Source: Harriotta raleighana
Lineage: Eukaryota
Direction of reading: 5' to 3'
Length of the DNA stretch: 64,000 nucleotides
Assembly (NCBI GenBank): GCA_050575255.1
Contig: JBNZDD010013610.1
Coordinates: 1,348,366 to 1,412,365 of the forward strand
The translations under genes and the position numbers were made by a program. Position 1 is the first letter of the stretch; every line of letters starts with the position of its first letter. The notes below the pieces were generated by a model. The model saw only the letters and a program-made list of their open reading frames with translations. It did not search any database and was not told the DNA's origin. Positions 50,517 through 64,000 of this stretch are shown piece by piece.

Positions 50517-52736
50517 AAAAAAAATGACTGGGAATGGTCACTAAGATTACTGTTAGTTAGATTTCCTGATTATTTCTCATGGATATTTTTAACTACCTAA
50601 TTCTGGGCTGAGGTCACTGGGACAATTATCGTTAATGACTGGATGGGAAAAACAATTACGAGCAAGAAACCAGCTTCTGGACACGTAAAACAATTATTTA
50701 GTTGATCAGAAAAGCGGTACGTTTTTAGGGCTGTGGTGTGGAACTCAAAAGGGGTTCAGGTTCGAAATGGCATGTTTTTCTGAAGTGAAATAATTTGAGG
50801 GAACCTGGGGGTGTGCATCTCGCCATTGAAAGTCATTCCTTATTTTGGACCTTTTGCAAATGTGTAGGGCAACCAACCGGACTGGATTCTTGCTTGGCTT
50901 TGTAACGCTTTAAAGAAATAAAGTGACATCTGACTCCACTGACAGCTCAATTTACACAGCGTCCTCGTGAATAACATTTTGAGTGTAGGGGTCAGATGAT
51001 TTGCAAATTGTTACTCCCTCCCCCAGTTTAAATTTTTTGCACTCAAACCACTTCCTTCAATCTCCTTCCTCCAATCCCCAAACATTATCGCCCGAGAATC
51101 GAGAATCTTTTCTCCCCCCCAAACCCCCAACCTTCCCTCCCCCCCTCTCTGGTGCCAGCCCGGCAAAAGCAAAAAAAAGCCAAATTGACAAGCAGGATGG
51201 GCTGTTTTCAAACCAAACAGATGGTAGAATTTGGATGACAGGCTATGGCTGGCTTTGAAGTAATTTGAGATAATTTATGTTGTGAGCATGAGCTTGACCA
51301 CTGTCAGAGGCGAAGGTTAATATGTAAACGATTTTAAATTATCACATTTCATCCTTAGTCCCTTAATCCTAGCTGCTGGCTATTTATGTTGCCTTTGTTA
51401 TCGCCGCATTGTGTTAGTTTTTAAGTTGGATTTTATAATGAGAAGCCCCCAAAAAAACAAAATCCCACTAAGCGTCTGACTTTCATCGATGCGCTCTGCA
51501 AAAAAAAATCACTAAGTCTATCTTTTTATTTTTACTGTGCTCTAATCTTGTTTGATGATGTCTCAACAGGCTAGGACATGCTTTCATAGATAGCAATTTC
51601 ACTGCACCATATGTGTCTCTCACAAGATAGCATAGCAAAATGAGTCTTGGCAGGAAGGGAACTAAACACATCGACCAGAACAGCAAAAAAAATTATTTAC
51701 TTAACCCCCTAATGTCTACAGTATGATTTCTATGCCTTGCCACCGTTTGAGTTCAAGGTTCCCTCAATTAGTTTATTTAGATTGGAATGTGTTATTAGAA
51801 AAAATTAAACCTCATTTGTTTATCAAAATCCGTGGGAATTCAGATTTTCAACCGAGTTTATGTTTCCCATTGTTTTAATTGCAGCCAACACCTTGTATAG
51901 CAATGGTTACTGTGCTGAGGGAATTCACCATCAAATAGTTACTGCTGGGGAGGAAACATAGTCTTTCCAGTTAATATTTTGGATTGCATAATATGAGGCC
52001 ATCGCTAGAGAAAGGCTTTTTAATTTAACTGTTTTCTGTGGGTTTTTTTTTCCAGTTCTTGTGCAAAACATATATTTAACAAAACATAAAGTGTTGTTAG
52101 AAAAAGCCTCTGCTCACAGCGTGGCAGGTATCACTTATAAAAACTGCTTTTTTTTAACCCATTGTCCACCCTCCATATAGACATAGACATACACACTCCC
52201 TCTCCTCTGCCACCAAACAGAAATAAGATAGCATGTTGTTTTGCTTAATGGGGAGCAATGATATTTAATTGTGCAATGTGTAAATGTTAAACAATTATAC
52301 AATTCATTGTATCATGTTACTGTCATTTTAAATTTTGCAGCAGTACAAAACAGGAGACTGTTTCCAACCAAACTGCACTGTTTTGCTAGGGATAACAATG
52401 AAAAGGCAAGGAATTGTAAGATTTTATAAAACGGCCCCAAAAAAATAATTTCCACTTTCATTCGAAAGCAAAGAAGTAGAGTGAATGAGTAGGTGCGCTC
52501 TTTAGCTTTCACGTACAAATCTATTTCTTGAACAATTGTAAATGGTGATGGAAGCTGCATATATTCGTAGAATGTACTGCTGAAATCCAGGCAATGAGGC
52601 GGACACTGAGGTGTCTTGAGTGTCTACTTTAATAGCATCGCAAGTAAAGGATAGCATTCTTTTTATATATAAAACACAAGATTATAACTGACTCAATTTG
52701 CTGCATAGAGAAATAGTGAGGATTTTGTTGGTTATC

Positions 52737-52800
52737 TTTGCGCTTTGTCCTCCCTATGTGAAAGGTGCCACCGTATATAAATGCAATTTGTTGTTGTTGC
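52737..52800 (+). mobile_element. L2-type 3' tail fragment
   Basis: GTGAAAGGTGCC...TATATAAATGCAATTTGTTGTTGTTG. Confidence 0.65.
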
Positions 52801-55800
52801 ATATTTCCCTGGTTTAGGTAACAATTTCTATTCCAGTACTTCTGGTTTGCAATATAGCAGATCCAGTAATTGTATTAGTTTGGGAAAATATAGCATAAAA
52901 TAGCAGAGATGGATAGAGAGTTAGGATAAATGTAATTACTCAGTCTAACATGATGGAGCAACTGGACAGACTGGTTTTGTGTTTTACTCTTTAAGAAATT
53001 CCCAAATAAAGGAAACATTCTGGGGACAACATCAAACTTGGGAAAGGAATGATTGTTGGAGCAATCCTGGATTTATTTTAGATCAATTCAGATCAAGCAA
53101 CATCCTTGGGGTGTAAGAGCAGCTATAATTAAACCTGGTATCAAAAGTAGTCTTGTTTTAAAATACCTGTAAGAAAGCTTGCTGCTCATTTCAATCATTT
53201 CATTGGAACCTAATAAAAAAAATCAATAATTATCAGAAGAATTAAAAGCAAAACAACCCTTCAAGACAGAAAATTCTGAAATACATTATAGTTTATCTTT
53301 ATTTTCTATCTTTGATAAATAGCATTGTTTCTCTTTTAGTTTTGTTCAATGCAAGTGAAAAGCTTTGAAAACTTTTTGCACATCTAAGTGGATAAATGTG
53401 CAATGAAACTTTTGAGTTTGCAAACCTTTCCTTCAGGGAAATGCAGACACTGGGATGTCAGGAGGTTGTGCATTACTTTGCGGCAGTATAAAGTCAGCAC
53501 CACTTAAAAGGTTTTCGTTAAATACCTTATAGATTCCAAACAGCCGCAGTGGACAGTTTATAAATGTAAACGGTTTGATTTCTGTTGAAAGGCGTTTGAC
53601 ATATTGTACAGAATGGCTGGGGTTTTTAAACCTAGGCCGTGTCTCTAAGTGTTAAATAACACTTTCAGGGGATGAGCATTTATCTGATTGTAATGTGAAC
53701 CCATAGGCTGTGAGCAGCGGTTTAGCACTTAACCATTCATATACTGTCAACACTGAATGTCCAGTGTCCTGCAATCCACCCTATCAAGTTTATCGTCCAT
53801 TTTATCAGAGGCTAATGGTCAATGGACAGGGCTCGAGTTTTCCCCAGTGGCCTGACATTAGCAACTGGTCTTGTTTAAGTACTGTAAAGCCGCCGCCGTG
53901 GCTGAATACAGAAGCCAATACCTGTTTCTCAATAAGTAGTAATTTAGCTCATGATTAAATGCAGCCACGCTGACATACTCAAGTAGCAAAATGTTCCGAG
54001 GGGACCTGCCCTCACCTCTGAGACCAACAGACGGGAGGTGGATCAATGTCCTGACAACAAGGGAAACAATCGCATCTCTCTGTCTGTCCATTCTTAAATG
54101 ATGAAGACGAACTACTCAGTTGAAAAAGATTGTCACTTAGTCAACAAACACCACTTTACTTGTGCATTTTAATTATCCTTTAGATGTGATTCGTATCCTT
54201 TCTGCTCAATTGCAGAAACCAAACAGCAAACAAAAGCCCCTCCCCCCAACTCTGCACAAATATATTGTTTTCCACACTTTTTGCTGAGGTTTGTGACTGC
54301 TAGGTTTTAACATTTGTTGCGGATTTTGAAAGCAAATGAATTAACGCTTTCACAATTAGAAGCAGCCACTTAGGATATCACTTACTTAAAAGATTCCTTG
54401 TGTCTTTGGTAACTGTTTTTTTTCATCAGTCATCAAAATGTACCCAGTCATTTGTTTCCTTGAAGAAACTGAATTGAAATCTGTAACCATTGCAGATTCT
54501 TAAGCATGCAATTTTTTTCAAAATCCAAAGAAAATTATGTCAATAGTTCAAAATATGCAATTCTTCTGCAATTTATGGACTGATTTTCTTGAGTAAGATG
54601 TTATTATTTTTTCCCACATTATTTTTTCATTTAGGTGCATTCTCCATGGTGAATGATTAATAATTCTGGCAGTGATTTTAGTAAGATTACTGATCAATTG
54701 CTTTTAGGTTCTATTTTATAGAGGAAAAAATTGTTAATTCTGTTCCTGTAATATCATTTTTTTTGTCTTCAAAGCTCTAAATCTCCCTTTTTTTAAAAAA
54801 AGCTTTAAATTGGCTGAAGTCTTTTTTGAACTCACGTGATTAAATGCCTCCCATTGTTAAATGTCTTTAATTACCTGTATATTTTTGTTTGCTTTGTAAC
54901 CGGAGCGAAGCTTATCTTCAGACAATATGGATTGCCTTGTGTCAGAGGTTGTTACAATGGTCTGGGTGGTGGGGGTGGAGTGGGGGAAGGGGTTTGCTGA
55001 AGCAAGATACAAAGAGATGACCATTACTATCAGAAATAAATAAAACATGCAAAATGCAGCCCTGACCCCCAGCTGTGATTGAATTTGCAGTGGTCATTTC
55101 CCAAATGTCCGCTGACAAAGGCACCCATCACCTTTCGTCACACTGCTGCTTAATTCACGGATCTTCCCACTGATACAGATCTCTGGAGCTCTGGAGCTGC
55201 CAATCAAGCCCACTTTAATTAGTAAAAAAAAACTATGAATTCAAACATCAGCACAAAAGTGTCTCAACGAGCAAATTCTTTGATACTGCTTAATATATTC
55301 TGCCTGAACGTTGCTTCGGACCAGGCAAAACATAACCTATTGAGAACTGTTTTTTTTTGTGTGAAGATATAACACAATGTATTTGATTCCTGTGCACTTT
55401 TGTTAAAAATAAGTCTGGTTGAAATTCAATATTGAAACTCTCATCCTATGAATTTTGGTTAACATGCCACACTTGTAATAAAATACAACAAATTTGTTAT
55501 TTTTTAACTCTGACTTCATAATTAAAGATTAGTATCAGGATTGAACATTTAGTTAATAAAGTGTTTGATTGATTAACGTTCATAGATTGTCATTTCCTGT
55601 CATTGCCTTAACTTCTAATCATTATTCTAATGCAAATCAGTTTCCGAAGGCGGGAATTGCTGTGAAACGTACACAGGAAATGAACGTGCTAGAACCTCTT
55701 AATTTTCAAAAATATAGATGACTCGGTTTACCTTTCATTACAAGTTCTAATAAGTCATTTTATCTGCCTCATCAACACATTAATTTGGTTTCAATTAGAC

Positions 55801-57939
55801 TTTAATTAAACTTTTTTAAATGCTCCACTCATAACAGAGTTTGTCCATCCATCCTCAAAAAGGCTGCACATCAAAATTACAGACAAGAAGCCAGCATCCC
55901 TAGCCTGGTTAGGTGTTAACTGCTAATTGTAAGGAAATTGTAACAAGCAAACATGCAGCATGAAATTTGTAAGGCGTTTTTATTTTAAACATATTCATCT
56001 TTGATGTACAACACTTCGTACCAACTGCAGATAATTTACGTGTTAAAGGCTTTCACTGCCCCCATAAAACTGAAGAGTAAAAAAAAATTGTCTTCTATTG
56101 GAAACGCACAATACTGGGGTTAGGAAAATAAACAAGCAGATAGAATCAATCTGTGTTTAGCAAGTGTCACACAAAGTAAAGTAGAAAAAGAGAAATTCTT
56201 GCAATTTAACAAATGAATAACAAGGGTTTTATTTTCACACAATTTGTTCGCTCAACAGAAATATATCCTTTTTTATTTTCTCTTTTTTTAAATAGCGCCC
56301 AAAAAATTAAAGATTTGATCTTATTTGATCCATACATTTTTAATTGTTGCATTCCCACCCCTTTCTTCCCACCTTTAATCCTTCTCACCTTTCAGTGCAG
56401 GGTTATAAACAAAACAGAACACATCAAGAAGGGAAGCCCTCCACTTTGGTCTTCTCTAATTCCTTAACATACACAGGATACAACACACGTCAGTAAAAAA
56501 AATAGGTCAGTTGTAATCTTTATCAATTTAACTCTCATTACATTTTTAAAAACCAATACCCCTTGCCCCAATTTTTTTAAAAAAGATTCAGACATTCACT
56601 ATCTGAGATAAGTTAAAGGCAGTGGCAGTAAAAGCAGTCATTCCCCATGCTGTGTTTTATATCTGCGAAGATACCTTTGAATGGATGTCAGCTTATTTTA
56701 CCTTGGCTGTGGTCGATCGATGCTTCATTAGTCTGAATTGTCTTTTGCCCATGCAACCTTGAAACAGTGGCTTAATTACCTCAGTGTTAGGCAGAAACCT
56801 TCCGTAAACAGGGCACTTACATCTCTCAACAGTCTAGGTAAGAGCATCATCTGTGATCTAAAAGGGAAAAAGGGAGGAGGAGGCAGGGGTAGTTATAAAA
56901 AGGAGACCCGTGGGTTAGGGGGCAAGGTTCAAGTCTAAACTGCCAGGCTATTGAGTGGCTTTTATAAAGCAATTCTGCACTTAGCTCGATCGCATTTCTC
57001 CCTTCCTCTCTGTGCACTTTCTCATTTTTAAACCCAAATAAAAACCCTCGTAACAAGACAATTCGAAGTAGAAAGATTGAAGCTCACAGAGAGCGAGAGA
57101 GAGAGGGAGAGAAAATCATGAACGGACGTGAAAGCGGTTTGTAAATAGATTAAATGTAAATATATATATATATCTATTTATGTATAAAACAGAGTCACTG
57201 GAGAGAGCATGCGAAAAAAAATATTGTTGTCTGGATTTTGATTTTGAAAAATGAGCCGCTGAATCCCTGAGACATTTTTCTGCTCTTCTGGGAGTAATGT
57301 CATTCCAACTTTTGACATTTTTTTTTCACCCCATTCAAATGTTTTTGACAAGTAGGACCATTTTTGCTGCTGCCTTCTGAACACCAAGCAAAATAAACCC
57401 TCCCCCTTCCTTTCTTACAAACCCCCCCACCCCCGGCATACAACACAGCTGTGTGCAGCTCCGTGCAACTTAAAAATCCAAGCGTCCCTAATGCATTACA
57501 CAAGTGTAATAAATAATATACATAACTAATACGGATTACATTCTAGATCTTGGTTAACCTGTGCCCTCACTATAGCAAGGCTTCATCATCAAGTGAACAT
57601 GACGTCACCATATTAAGCTAAAATAACAATTCAGCATGAGAGATAGAGGCTGGCATATTACAACTCATCCAACTGGATCACCAAACCAGATTGGGAACAA
57701 TCCCTGCTCAAATTGTCTTCTCTACACTCAGAGTGTTAACAGGCTGCTGCAATTTTTCCACCAGTCTCCACATCCATTGAATGCTGTAATAATTTTTTTT
57801 TGGCTCGGCCAAGGGATGAGACTATGAAAGGGTGTGTATAGTGATAGTCCTAATATAGTCTCCTGGCAAAAGGGAACTGCAAAGGACTCCAATTAATCCA
57901 AGCCAACAATTGAGGTTAGTAATTTCTTTTTGAATTCTC

Positions 57940-58620
57940 ATCTTTTCCGGGGCACGTTACCTGTGTTTGGGCAGAGGACGGGTGAGGAGCAAACACACAC
58001 AGGGTTGAAAAGTATTCTCCTGCTTTTTTATTGTATGACCAACATCGCCGCTGTCACACTGAGCACACCGCAATTTTTAAAAAACATGCAGACCGTGATA
58101 TTACGGACCTTAAAGATCTCTGAATACGGAGGTGCGGATCCGTCCGTCTCCAGCAGATGTATCAAGTTCCTGTCTTGCCATTACAGTGACACGGCTGCAC
58201 AAGGGACAGAACAATACACTCCGAATCAGATCAAATGTCTGCAGACAGTGAATTCTTACTCACTCTCTCTTTCGCAACACACGCGCACTATTACATGCTC
58301 GTACAGAAAGAGCGAGAGGAAAATAGAGAGAGAGAGATAGAGAGAGAGAGACACACACGCGCACGCACGCCTGCATACATATACAATATGCTCTCTGATG
58401 TGAGCAATATGCCACAACATCTCATCTTTCTGAAGAATCTCCTAACCTCTGCTTCTAAACGCTGCTCAGCTCTCAGCTAACAGTTTGCCCCCTTCCTGTG
58501 CTCATGTGCAGTTTTTACTTCCCTATCATTTATAATATATAAGATAAAAATTCAGTGAACCTAAACTGAGCTCGCGGATTCATCATCACACACTAGCCCC
58601 GCGACAATCTTTGAGGGGCT
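57940..58620 (-). promoter_or_regulatory. Candidate promoter / first non-coding exon
   Basis: Locally elevated CpG density, (GA)n and CA/CG tracts at 58308-58372, minus-strand donors CAG|GTAACG (GT at 57960-57959) and AGA|GTGAGT (GT at 58263-58262); lies inside a long transposon-poor zone. Confidence 0.35.
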
Positions 58621-59804
58621 TTGATTTATGCAGATCCTACGGTCACGAACACAGTATCATTAATAATATTGTTGCCCTGTTATCTCCATCACCAATCTCT
58701 GCAAGGCAAATGAAGGCAGGGTGATATTCTTCCCAGCAGCAATGTGAAACACACAGCATCAACCCTACATACACACTCACACATAAAAGGCCTTCCACTG
58801 GCTTCAGCCTAACCCCTAATAACAACGTGGATTTTATTGCTGATTTTTTTTTCCCCTTTCTCTCTTCCCCTTTTCATTTTAAGAAGATTCAGTCAAAACC
58901 TTCTTAACTGTCGGGGGAAGGTGGTATGGGGGGTGGTGTGGGTGTGGGGGAGGGGGTGCATATGTTAAGGGAGAAATCCTGGACTAGTGGGAAATGATTT
59001 CCCTTACATTCATTTCCCACAATCTCTATATAATTAATGTAAGCCAGGCTCATATACGTTAGTGCTCTTCAAGCTTGTCACTCATTAATCATATGACCTT
59101 TCTAGCCTTGGTTAATGACCTTGGAGGAATACATCAGCCAGTGATGGCTGAAGCTGTAGAATTAAATTGTTTCTGTAAGTGCTGATGGTCATTTCTGACA
59201 ATTTATACTTCACCACTGGCCTGAGGGGGCATTGGTGCGCAGAAATCATTTTAAGCATTTTTTAAAAATATTTTTATTTTTTAATATAATTTCTGTTTTC
59301 TTACTTCGCCACGTTCCCCGGTTGATACATTCTGGCCAATTACTCTAACCAGCTGATTTGACTGACTTACTGACTGACTGAAATTGTGAGTCTTAGAAGC
59401 CAGGATGGAGTCATAAACATGTTCTTTTTTTAAAAAAGAGAACAAGTTTATGACTTGTCATCAGTTGTCTTGACTTCTGCAAACAAATATGCCTTTGTTG
59501 GTTTTTAAAAAAAAATTCATTCATGATATCAAAAAATGAAGGTGACAGTAAAAATTATCGCATAATTGCCAGGCTTTGCTGCGCTTCTCTGATTGTCATT
59601 CTTATAAGAGTTTGTAGTTAAAACTATTGCAATGTTAACGCACACTTTTCCAGAAGGCAGAACAAGTCATCCGAATCCACAAGTGAAACCGCAACATTCG
59701 TTGACAAAATATCACAAAGTTAACATGTCAGACCACACCTCCTGAACAGAGAGATATATTTATAAGGGAGTTTCTATCTCACAATAGTTGTCTATAGATC
59801 ATAG

Positions 59805-59838
59805 ACATCTTTCATAAAAACACATCTTTCATAAAAAC
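59805..59838 (+). repeat. 17-bp tandem duplication
   Basis: ACATCTTTCATAAAAAC x2. Confidence 0.9.
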
Positions 59839-61440
59839 ACATGCCTGTTGTATCAGCTAACGTTAAACACCTACTTATTGTTCAAAATTTTCCCCCAGTG
59901 CTTACCTGCGTAAGCTGTGTTTATTCGCATAAATATTAGGTAGTCAAGTTCTTTATGTGCATTTGGTTGAAATATATAAGTAAATATGTCAGAGAAGAAA
60001 AGGCACATGGCATGAATTTATAGTCTTGAAGGAATCAAACGAATAAAGGAGAATAGAAGAATGCTTGCAATTTTATATCAGTTGTAAAATCAACTTCACT
60101 CCTGATACATTTCACTTGTAATTACAGTCTTTATGAAATGGGGAATACACCTATGGAATATCTGCAATTTATTGTTTCAATATTTTTGATGCACATGATT
60201 CAGACATTTGGCACAATGTTGTACTATTTTATAAGGAACACAAAAACAATGGAGTTTTAATCGGTTTTGGTGAAATGCCTTGAGATAAGAAAGGGAGTTT
60301 TCAAAACTCCTAAATAATGCATTGATGGTAATAACAACAAAAAAACTTACATCCCTAGGTTTACCCTGACAATAGTATAATTTAAGAAAACAATTTCTGA
60401 AATCAAGTGAACTTTATTTTCGTTTGAGTAACTGGGAAAATTGGGAAGTTCTCACATTGGGATATCATTTAAATGCTTAATTTCTTTAAGCCTTTTTACA
60501 GATCGACAGAGTTTTGTGGCGCTCAGATATGTTGTTCCTATCACCGGAGTTTCCTTTCTGTGAAATTAAACCACTTCTGATTCTTCATGCAATGTTTTGA
60601 CACATTTGTGGCACAGCTTGCAAACAAATGTGATGGGGGAGAAATCAAACGACTTGTGAGACAAATCAGAGAGGTGTTTAAAATATGGGCTGCAGGAAGG
60701 ACCAGGGGCATTATCTTAACAAAGAGCATTTCAGAATGTAAAGGCAGGGGAAATACAGTATGTGCTTCAGTGAAGAAACAACTCTACACATAACAAGAAT
60801 CATTGCATTTGATAATAGGCTTTGCTTTGTTGATTTTGGGTCTAATAATTTATGTGATATGTTCTATTTGTTTTGTTGGAATTCAAAATTTTGTGTTTGC
60901 ATGCACTCGGCTGCAATTTTTTTTTACCCAGCACAGACATGTAAGCTGAGGTACCCACTTACTCAACGAGTATTTATTTTTGGCATTGCTGTATTTCATT
61001 ATCTATACATCGACTCTTTCAAAATGCAGTGTCCTTTCAGTGGTGCTTCACAATAATGGCAACTTAAACACTCCTTTGTGGCTTCAGGTCAAAATGCATT
61101 AGAATAAGGCCCATCTGACACAATGCCAGCGCTTGGTTCTGACCCACAATTTATTATGTGTCTTGACTGAACACAGCTGATGGAGGTGTGCTGGAGAACA
61201 GAATATTTAACTGCAGGATATGGAAGCACAAAATCTGCTGCTGCAACTTGATCTTGTGTTTATAGAGGGTACACGATGATAGCATCCAAAGCATTTTGGT
61301 ATGAATGAAAGCAGTGGCATGTGGGAGGCAGAGGTATAAAGTGTGTGATGGTGGTCAGGTTCTGCAAAGAATCATCCAATTTCCCCCCCCCCTGTAAAGT
61401 GATCCGAGTGTAACTTTTCAGTGTAAAATGCTAACCTCAG

Positions 61441-61641
61441 CAAAGACAACTACCGTTTATATAGTGCCGTTCACGCAGAGCGTTGTATCAAAGAGCTTAA
61501 CAGTGGCGTAGTTTGATGAGGAGTCAGGGAGAAAGAGAAAGTGAGCAGTAGTCTCTGTCGAAGAGGAAGGTCTTGAGGTGCTATTGGAAGATGGGAAAAG
61601 AGATGGAAAGGTGAAGGGACTGAAGCAGCAAGTTCCAGAGG
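61441..61641 (-). mobile_element. Degenerate L2 LINE 3' end
   Basis: TTTATATAGTGCCGTTCAC...GTCGAAGAGGAAGGTCTTGAGG...GTTCCAGAG, colinear with 45841-46124. Confidence 0.75.
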
Positions 61642-63734
61642 TTCATAGTGTTGTTAAAGCAGACATCAAGCTGCTTTGCTGTAGCAATATGGATACAGGA
61701 GAGAGAATAATCATCGATCGTAGTATGGATGCTGGACAGTGGGACTGTTACTGCTGTTGCAGCATCTAGGATTGTGTTTTTTGACTACCTCGGACCTTAG
61801 TTTGGAGTGAAATCCTTAGTCTTGATTTAACGTTCAGTCTACCTACTCTGTGATCTTGCACGCAAAGGAACAGGAAAGGGTTTATCAAGCCTGGGGAAAG
61901 ATAAGGACTTTGCTTCATTTCAGTGTAATTTTTATAATTTTTCTATTAATAAAATCTAGATATTAAAAGATTCTCAGACCAGTCCCCTTTTTTATTGCTT
62001 TCTATTATAAAAATTATGTGGTAGATGTAAGTCTATGTCACCTACATCACAATGCGATTCTTGTGCCTTCGCCCCGAGCTTTTTCACACATGCTGCCCTC
62101 CAAAACTTATTAAAAGTCAATATAGATGTAGGAAGAGCATTTTCTAGAGCTGTCTGTTATTGTCACTGTCCTTCATTGAGAAGCTGTAGGATTGCCGTCA
62201 CAGGCCAGTTACTACTCGCTCTAGTCTCAGGCTGTGTATATTTCATCTGTTTGCCGAGGGTAAGAGATTGATTCTTTTCCCTTCATCTGCCAGCGCTAGT
62301 TTAACCCGATAGAAATATTGGGAGGCAAGTTCCCATGAACCATCATCTCAACAATAACCACAACTTGCATTTATATAGAATCATATAGTCCCAGAATCAT
62401 CCCATCCTGCGGTAAGTGATATGATAATTATCTTGGGTGCTAATTACACTTCACTTTCTCCATTTCCACCGTCCCCACCCATATATTGCAAAAGCTCTGC
62501 ATAAAAAATTGACACCAACTAAGTTTCTCGTATGTTTTGCTTTGTATCACACTTTTTAAAAAAAATTGCTTGTGTATGTTATGCAAAATGCAAAATAAAT
62601 TGCAGTGGTTTTTTTTGCCTTTTTATTCCCATCTCCTCTGTTGAAGTGCTTCTACTTCTTGATGTTGAGATATTAGCAGGCTATTTGACTGGAAGACAGC
62701 TGAAAGCTGAAGCTAGTTGCTGGCATCCAAACTGTAACCCTGGTTAAGATCAGCTACCTCAACTCCTTCTATCTCTCCTTCCTCCCACAGTCTAGAGGCT
62801 ATTAAACCTCAAGCTTGATGTCATCTATGACTGCTTCTTAATTTATCTCACCCTCTCTCCTTCTCTTTTCAACCTTGGTGGTGTCCTGCACTCTGGGCCT
62901 TGGCCCTTCACCTAAGTTTCTCAATAAAAATCGGTTAATTGTGGCCTGTGGCTGAGACTACTGAGAGTTGGACTGGAGAGTTTTGATCTATAGGACCCAG
63001 GGGCGTAGTGCAGGACGACTGCACTCATTGTCTCTCACTGCATCTATCAGAGTCTGTGACAGCTTTTCAGCAGTGAACAAATTAATATTACAATTAAAAG
63101 CGCTCGCCACCAACAGCACTGTGTGCTGAAAAGCCCGTTCTCTTGTATACATATACCAGAGCAGTCAAGCTGAGAATCTTGAGAGTTCCGTCAGAGGTTT
63201 ACCTGACTCGGCAAATCAAAGCCAGGTCACGAGAACGATCGTTCTAATTTTTGTGAACTGGAAGCGACCAGAACAAGCGAGAAACAAAAGTTAAATGTTT
63301 TATTTCAACGGCTATTGACAAAGACATCTCCGCCATTGTAGCTATTGAAGTGGGGGCATGACGTGCTAAGTGATTCTTTGTTGATGTTGGTGAATGATTC
63401 CCGGAGGATGTTACTGCAGTCTAATGATGTGGTCCACACTTTTAATGATTACTGAATGAGCATTGGAGGGACACCGCTCTCTCCATCTCCCTCCCTTCCT
63501 CTAGTATGGGTGGGCGGCTATCCGCGCTGAATCAATAGCTTGTGAGCAATTGATTTTACAGATCAGGAAATGTTTTTAGTCCTCAATATACTACGTTCCC
63601 CCTACACCAGCTTTTTCTTTGAATAAATGAAATACATTGCTCATTTTTTTTCTAGGTGTGATTTACCTTTCATTGCCTAATATCTGTTGCCAGGTTGGTA
63701 CCATTATTAACACAGTCACACACCGGGCACAAAT

Positions 63735-63813
63735 GAATTTTGAAGGTGTTAAACATGTCTCGAAGACTTTATAAGATGCTATATCGAACGCAAGGATTAT
63801 TAGTATTATTATT
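63735..63813 (+). mobile_element. SINE 3' tail fragment
   Basis: ATAAGATGCTATATCGAACGCAAGGATTATTAGTATTATTATT. Confidence 0.75.
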
Positions 63814-64000
63814 AAGTCACTATAAAAAATACGAGTCCTTTCTTCATTGTGGCTCTTAGTATTTGTTGATATACACTTTGATATATACTCTTTACTTATG
63901 AAGGATCTGTGATAAACATTAAACACTGGTGTGCAAGGCAACTTTCGCATTCTCCTGAAAATAACAATAAATAACATTAAATAAATAACAATAAAGAACA

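Noticed and set aside
59900-59916. Strong minus-strand donor CAG|GTAAGC
   Set aside because: No convincing acceptor or reading frame nearby
63232-63245. Perfect 14-bp palindrome AGAACGATCGTTCT (steroid-response-element-like)
   Set aside because: A few palindromes of this length are expected by chance in 64 kb, and the spacing does not match the IR3 consensus
1-64000. CRISPR array, operon, defence system or other prokaryotic/viral system
   Set aside because: No regularly spaced repeat-spacer array and no gene-dense ORFs; the recurring motifs are dispersed SINE/LINE tails in vertebrate non-coding DNA

Overview
AT-rich, apparently non-coding vertebrate genomic DNA from a draft assembly, with N gaps at 4141-4258, 20835 and 37869-38449. 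The repeat content is typical of cartilaginous fishes, most plausibly a chimaera/elephant-shark-like genome (inference): tRNA-derived SINEs with a DeuSINE/L2-type tail, 5'-truncated CR1 and L2 LINE ends, and a Tigger/pogo-like terminus. I find no credible host protein-coding exon, rRNA, functional tRNA, CRISPR array or operon-like system. The only protein-like ORFs are C-terminal LINE ORF2 remnants. Long transposon-poor stretches rich in homeodomain/Sox/nuclear-receptor-like motifs suggest a large intron or regulatory landscape of a developmental gene. A tentative minus-strand promoter/first exon lies near 58 kb and a tentative non-coding exon near 15 kb. The most notable unexplained structure is a ~230-bp palindromic (foldback) repeat with two full-length copies (6309-6540, 39353-39586) plus fragments. 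An exact ~1.09-kb tandem duplication around a single N is most likely an assembly artefact. All comparisons were by eye and repeat boundaries are approximate. I see no convincing evidence of a new biological system.
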